A DNA stretch of 64,000 nucleotides, from assembly GCA_021513695.1 (NCBI GenBank), contig CP084166.1:384001-448000 (forward strand). Reading direction: 5' to 3'. Source of the DNA: Candidatus Heimdallarchaeum aukensis (GTDB taxonomy: Archaea > Asgardarchaeota > Heimdallarchaeia > Heimdallarchaeales > Heimdallarchaeaceae). The translations under genes and the position numbers were made by a program. A model generated the notes under the pieces. That model was not told the origin of the DNA and did not search any database. It worked only from the letters and a program-made list of their open reading frames with translations. Below, in pieces: positions 61,530 to 64,000 of this stretch. Position 1 is the stretch's first letter; the number at the start of each line of letters is the position of its first letter.

Positions 61530-61702
61530 TTATATGAGGATATATATTATGTTTGATGAAAATATATTCCTAATAACAAAAATAATTGAAATATCAACTT
61601 TAAAGTTATACAGAAGACAAAAAAAAGTTTTTTTGATAATTATGTAGTACCCATTAATTTTAAAAATAAATAAATAGATTTGTTTTTTGAGCAAATGGGA
61701 TA

Positions 61703-62755
61703 ATGATGAGTAAACAAAAAAACAAAAAAACAAATAACACAGAAGTATACAAGAAAATTTTTCAGACGGCTCAAGATTCAATTTTTTTGCTTAATAAGAA
61801 TAATGTCTTTATAGATTGCAATCCTTATACTTGTGATATGTTTAATTGTGAGAAAGAAGATATTATTGGAACAACCCCAGTTGAATGGTCTCCTGAACTA
61901 CAGTTTGATGAAGTTCCTTCAGAAAAAAAGGCTAAACAATATATAAACAAAGCCTTTTCTGGAACACCTCAACGCTTTGAGTGGATTCACAAAAAAAAGA
62001 CAGGAGAATTATTTTATTGCGAAGTTTCTCTTAATAAGGTTGTAATAGATGGAGAAGATTTTTTACAAGCAATAGTACGTGAGATAACAGAAAAAAAATT
62101 TATTGAAGAAGTTGATTTAATATTCTCAAAAATAATTGACCATGATACCAGAAATATAGCCTTTGCAACTACTTCATACATCAATCTAATTCGAAATAAC
62201 TTTGAAGTAAATGAAAAACTAGATAATTATCTTAAAAGAATAGAAGATAATTTAGAAGAATTAATGAGTATTATAAATAAATTTTCAATTTTACATGAAG
62301 TCATGTATGAAACAAAAAAGCAAGTAATAAACCTTTATGAGACTGTTTGCAAAAGCATTCAACTTTTTGAAGAGAAATTAGGAGAAAAAAAAGTTGTAGT
62401 TGAAAACAAGATTAACAAAAATCACAAAGTAATTGCGGGGAATTTATTGATTGAAGTAATTAACAATTTAATAAGTAATTCCCTTCGGCACGCAAATGCT
62501 AATAAAGTTTTAATAAAAAGCAAAGAAACTCCAGAAAAAATAATTCTTGTTTTTGCAGATGATGGAAAAGGTTTTGACGAAAATTTATTACCTAATTTAT
62601 TTAAAGAAGGAATAAAAGGTCGTGATTCAAAAGGATCTGGTCTCGGTTTATATATTTCTAAAAAAATAATTAATTTATATGAAGGACATATTTCAGCAAG
62701 AAATGCAAGTAAAGGCGGAGCTGAATTTATTATTGAATTAGAAAAAGCAGATTGA
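61703..62755 (+). CDS. cytoplasmic PAS-domain sensor histidine kinase
   Basis: N-terminal PAS-like region. H-box IIDHDTRN. HATPase N/G boxes NLISNSLRHAN, DDGKGFDE and GSGLGLYISKKII. Confidence 0.7.
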   Translation: MMSKQKNKKTNNTEVYKKIFQTAQDSIFLLNKNNVFIDCNPYTCDMFNCEKEDIIGTTPVEWSPELQFDEVPSEKKAKQYINKAFSGTPQRFEWIHKKKTGELFYCEVSLNKVVIDGEDFLQAIVREITEKKFIEEVDLIFSKIIDHDTRNIAFATTSYINLIRNNFEVNEKLDNYLKRIEDNLEELMSIINKFSILHEVMYETKKQVINLYETVCKSIQLFEEKLGEKKVVVENKINKNHKVIAGNLLIEVINNLISNSLRHANANKVLIKSKETPEKIILVFADDGKGFDENLLPNLFKEGIKGRDSKGSGLGLYISKKIINLYEGHISARNASKGGAEFIIELEKAD

Positions 62756-62829
62756 TTTAAACAAATTTAAACCCAAAAAATATAATAAAGATAAAAGAAT
62801 AATATTCGCTAACTCACGCAAAAATTCAT

Positions 62830-63693
62830 GTGAAAGATATGAATGATAAAAAAAGATACTTAAGGTTAAAGAATTTAAAAGAATTTGGAGTAGATATTAC
62901 TTGGGAAAATCTTTTTTCAAAAACCGTTTTATTTGCAGGAGTAGGTGGAGTAGGAAGTATTGCTGCTGAAATGTTTGCTCGATGTGGAATAGGAAAAATG
63001 ATTTTGATAGACTTAGATATTGTAGAAGAAGTAAATTTAAACAGACTATTTTATACTCAGGAAAATATAGGAAAGCCAAAAGTAGAAGTAGCAAAAGAAA
63101 TTTTAACAAAAATTAATAGAGACGTGGAAATTGAAACATATCATTCTGATATCTGTGCAATCGATTTTGAAGAAAAATTTGAACAATTGATAAAAGAATC
63201 AGATTTAGTTATTTCTAGTTTAGACAATATACCTGCAAGATTATATATTAATGAAAAATGCGTTCAACTAAGAAAAGAGTATATCGATTCAGGAGCAAGC
63301 AGATCAGGTTTAGGAGGATATGTTCATTTAGTTATTCCATTTAAAACTGCTTGCTATCAATGTACAGGTTCAATAGATTTAGGAGAAAAAAAGCATGGAG
63401 AACCATGTACTGCTTCTTTACCTTCTACAATAGCTATTATAGCTTCACTCACAGTGGAAATTGCACTTAAACATTTGTTAAATTTTGGAGTGATTCCTGA
63501 TTATATCGGTTTTAACGCTTTGACCGACCAGTATATAATACAAAAGATGAATAGAGATCCTTCATGTTATATATGTGGAGAAAGAAAAACGAATCTAAAA
63601 GAGCAGAGGAAATCTTTGCAAGAAATTGATGAATTAACGGAAGGAAAAACTGTAGATGAGTTAATTCAAAATTTGGATTCTCATGAGAAGTAG
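62830..63693 (+). CDS. E1-like ThiF/MoeB-family adenylyltransferase
   Basis: Nucleotide-binding GVGGVGSIAAEMFARCGIGKMILIDLD. Two CxxC pairs (CYQCTG and CYICGE), as in the MoeB/E1 zinc site. Confidence 0.85.
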   Translation: MKDMNDKKRYLRLKNLKEFGVDITWENLFSKTVLFAGVGGVGSIAAEMFARCGIGKMILIDLDIVEEVNLNRLFYTQENIGKPKVEVAKEILTKINRDVEIETYHSDICAIDFEEKFEQLIKESDLVISSLDNIPARLYINEKCVQLRKEYIDSGASRSGLGGYVHLVIPFKTACYQCTGSIDLGEKKHGEPCTASLPSTIAIIASLTVEIALKHLLNFGVIPDYIGFNALTDQYIIQKMNRDPSCYICGERKTNLKEQRKSLQEIDELTEGKTVDELIQNLDSHEK

Positions 63694-63715
63694 AACTAAT
63701 TAAAAAGTGGTAAGA

Positions 63716-64000
63716 ATGGTTAAAGTTCAAATTTCTAAACATATCTTAAAAGCAATAGAGAAACACGCTATTGAATTTAAAGGAAAAGAAATCTATGGTT
63801 GGTTGTTAGGATACGATAATGGTTCAAATTTGAAAGTTATTGCAAGTGTTCCTTGTAAAATGTACAAAATTCAAAATGAAGTAAGAGCAGAACCATCAAC
63901 AGAAGAAGCTTTTGAAATTGTAAAGAACATTCCTAAAGGAATAGGAATCATAGGTATTTATCATAGTCATCCAAATAAGGTTTATCACAGCGTAACTGAT
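63716..64000 (+). CDS. JAB/MPN+ (JAMM) metalloprotease, N-terminal part (runs off window end)
   Basis: ATG 63716. Translation ...GYDNGSNLKVIASVPCKMYKIQNEVRAEPS...IIGIYHSHPNKVYHSVTD contains the JAMM E...HxH...S..D motif. Absent from the ORF track because it is edge-truncated. Confidence 0.75.
   Translation, partial: MVKVQISKHILKAIEKHAIEFKGKEIYGWLLGYDNGSNLKVIASVPCKMYKIQNEVRAEPSTEEAFEIVKNIPKGIGIIGIYHSHPNKVYHSVTD

Noticed and set aside
61530-61781. 83-aa minus-strand ORF overlapping the histidine-kinase start
   Set aside because: Extremely hydrophobic/low-complexity (Ile/Phe/Tyr-rich) reading of an A/T-rich intergenic stretch. Overlaps the 5' end of a well-supported gene.
1-64000. CRISPR arrays, rRNA and tRNA genes
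   Set aside because: No regularly spaced short direct repeats beyond the two 24-bp units at 30436. No GC-rich structured-RNA-like islands in any intergenic region inspected.

Overview
AT-rich (~30% GC) archaeal-type chromosomal segment with short Lys/Glu-rich proteins, GGTGA/GGAGG Shine-Dalgarno boxes before internal operon genes and poly-T terminators. No rRNA, tRNA or CRISPR array is visible. Confidently recognisable housekeeping and transport genes are two ABC-2 transporter operons, an MFS transporter, a membrane H+/Na+-pyrophosphatase (hppA), a His-rich CPH-type copper P-type ATPase (copB), msrB, a TrmO/TsaA methyltransferase, a beta-class DNA methyltransferase, a PAS histidine kinase with a lone receiver protein, an E1-like ThiF protein followed by a JAB/MPN+ metalloprotease, and a complete nurA-herA-mre11-rad50 DNA-end-processing operon. 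The most striking structures are: (1) a perfect 5.43-kb tandem direct duplication (15096-20527 and 20528-25958) carrying mre11, rad50, a 456-aa coiled-coil gene and a small membrane-protein gene, where the two copies differ only by a 2-bp and a 3-bp slippage indel and the first mre11 is frameshifted; (2) a single 1929-aa ORF that is a head-to-tail fusion of two complete UvrA units; (3) a 108-bp MITE-like element with 10-11-bp terminal inverted repeats present twice in opposite orientation, each just upstream of a gene start; (4) a three-member paralogous family, one of them LRR-fused, that shares a ~70-aa C-terminal module ending in G[LV]GKK; (5) two tandem paralogous receptor-like type-I membrane proteins (beta-helix plus thrombospondin-type-3-like Ca-binding repeats, a TM helix and a cytoplasmic coiled-coil domain); (6) an SBBP-repeat surface-protein gene split by a single in-frame TAA; (7) a ~93-bp remnant of copB about 1 kb from the intact gene. 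Functional calls rest on motifs read directly from the translations; no database searches were possible.
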